Part shown: piece after piece, positions 63,501 to 64,000 of the stretch | How the letters are laid out: the number at the start of each line of letters is the position of its first letter | How positions within the stretch are numbered: position 1 is the stretch's first letter | NCBI GenBank assembly: GCA_035505995.1 | Contig: DATJQF010000230.1 | Coordinates: forward strand, 194-64,193 | Direction of reading: 5' to 3' | Length of the DNA stretch: 64,000 nt | Source of the DNA: Bacteroidales bacterium | Lineage (GTDB): Bacteria; Bacteroidota; Bacteroidia; Bacteroidales; FEN-979 | The notes under the pieces: generated by a model | What the model was told of the DNA's origin: nothing | Database searches by the model: none | Seen by the model: only the letters and a program-made list of their open reading frames with translations | Position numbers and translations under genes: made by a program

Positions 63501-63898
63501 TCGCCGTCAGGAACGGGATCCTGATCGTCGAATTCACGGATGTGCTGAAAGCCCGCGGGTTGAAAACCCGGGATGCCATTGTGCAGGCAGGAAAGACGCG
63601 TATCACGCCCGTCGTGTTAACGGCAACCGCTACCATGATGGGACTGGTGCCCCTGGCTGTCGGGCTGAACATCAACTTTGTGACGCTATTCACGGAGCTT
63701 AACCCGCATATCTATTTCGGGGGCGATAATGTGGCCTTCTGGGGACCGCTATCCTGGACCATCATTTTCGGGCTGAGCTTCGCCACCTTCCTGACGCTGG
63801 TTTTTGTGCCGGCAATGTATCTCATCGACGTGGAGATGAAATCGATCCTTCGCCGGAGGAAGTCGAACAGGATCTATCGCAGGCAGCTGAAGGGCTAA
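60509..63898 (+). CDS. efflux RND transporter permease subunit (AcrB/HAE family)
   Basis: 1129 aa with a FFATSWAIDNRTS N-terminus and the GIIVDDAIVVIEN motif. 12 canonical TM segments plus an extra hydrophobic insertion after TM6. Confidence 0.9.
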   Translation: MKQEKNRIREFFATSWAIDNRTSIYVLTVFITLLGIMSYINIPKEQFPEIVIPTIIVTTAYPGTSPQDIENLITRPIEKEAKSLANVKKITSNSVQDFSSIVVEFNPGIAVSEAKQRVRDAVDKARSSLPNNLPKEPDIMEIDISEVPIMFINISGDYDLQRLKKYAEVARDKIETLKEITRVDIVGALEREIQIDVDMYKMQAASVSFADIQRAVSSENVTISAGTITTYGAKRTIRIAGQFKSPDQIKGIMLKSSSGAIVYIGDIADVKDSFKEQESFSRFNGKNVITLNVIKKSGENLINASDEIKAMVADLKKNTYPPDLQVEITGDMSRYTRSTLEELNNTEAIGFILVTLVLMFFMGFNNAFFVGLSVPLSIFVAYLVMPGLGFTMNMIVMFAFIFALGIIVDDAIVVIENTHRIHRTEKNIVKAAKMAAGEVFLPILSGTLTTLAPFFPLAFWPGITGKFMYYMPVTLILTLFASLFVAYIINPVFAVSFMKHEFEKTGYKTNYKKLLISSGILLGLALLFYLARVPGMGNVLVLCLILNAAYRLWIKNSTFQFQTRAWPWLMKLYEATLKFFLKKRRPYYLLYTITGMLILTFVITGMVKPKVLFFPVNMPNNVYVYLKMPEGTDQKVTDSVTRLIEKRVNDVLGPNNPLVESIVTNVGFGAGDGMFDRTVAANKGKVTINFTESKYRHGASTLDIMDRIREHVKNIPGAQVSVEKNRAGPPTGKPVNIEIAGENLDELISTATRFKNYLDSLQIPGIENLKSDFENDRPEIIVDIDRERANREGISLGQVGMELRTAIFGTEISKYKEDEDEYPIQLRYSEQERKNINNILNSKVTYRDMNNGQLRQIPISSVATIHYSDTYGGIKRKNLKRVITLSSEVLSGYTPNEVVASITQVVQNFDCPRTINISLTGEREDQTETMIFLFKSMLIAIGLIFFILITQFQSLSKSLIILSEVIFSIIGVLLGLILFGMPIIIAMTGVGIIALGGIAVRNGILIVEFTDVLKARGLKTRDAIVQAGKTRITPVVLTATATMMGLVPLAVGLNINFVTLFTELNPHIYFGGDNVAFWGPLSWTIIFGLSFATFLTLVFVPAMYLIDVEMKSILRRRKSNRIYRRQLKG

Positions 63899-64000
63899 AC
63901 CTTTTCGAGAAGCTTGTAAAGCTTGATCCTGGATTTCAGCAGGACGTACATCGACTGGATGTAGTCGCTTTCCGATGCCAGGAACTGGTTATACCGCTGG
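63895..64000 (-). CDS. 3' end of a convergent gene; tail weakly resembles a TolC-family outer membrane efflux protein C-terminus
   Basis: Minus-strand translation gives ...QRYNQFLASESDYIQSMYVLLKSRIKLYKLLEKV* with stop at 63897-63895, overlapping the RND stop codon. Only 35 codons are visible, so the family call is tentative. Confidence 0.3.
   Translation of the reverse strand, partial: QRYNQFLASESDYIQSMYVLLKSRIKLYKLLEKV

Overview
This 64-kb window is a chromosomal segment from a Bacteroidota genome. That assignment rests on the type IX secretion/gliding genes (porP-gldK-gldL-gldM-gldN plus porW/sprE) and on exact TAnnTTTG -7 promoter boxes in front of most transcription units. The organism looks like an anaerobic fermenter (ackA, ptb, buk, tnaA). 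I call about 60 tightly packed CDS, mostly housekeeping: kdsB, groES/EL, secG, pheT, recG, dxr, rseP, fabD, folE, queD, rlmN and ade. There is also a wbpE-wbpD-wbpB-galE-rfbB sugar-nucleotide operon, a TetR-controlled RND efflux pair and an ECF sigma/anti-sigma pair. I recognised no rRNA, tRNA, CRISPR array, transposase, integrase or prophage gene. I did not find a convincing complete novel multi-gene system. The most unusual signals are at sequence level. (1) Two abutting heptanucleotide tandem arrays make up the whole rlmN-ade junction and encode a ladder of overlapping stop/start mini-ORFs linking the two genes. (2) A telomere-like (AACCCTA)n array forms a G-free leader directly in front of fabD. 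(3) A small two-gene islet (CoiA-like nuclease, TIGR03118-like lipoprotein) sits between pheT and recG. (4) A ptb-amino-acid-permease-buk operon. (5) An orphan bactofilin/AtpZ-like module with no ATP synthase genes after it. (6) An enlarged GldL with an internally duplicated C-terminal module. Many very long ORFs in the supplied track are antisense or alternative-frame shadows of real genes and were rejected. Several track ORFs also carry spurious N-terminal extensions, which I trimmed using conserved N-termini and promoter-box positions.
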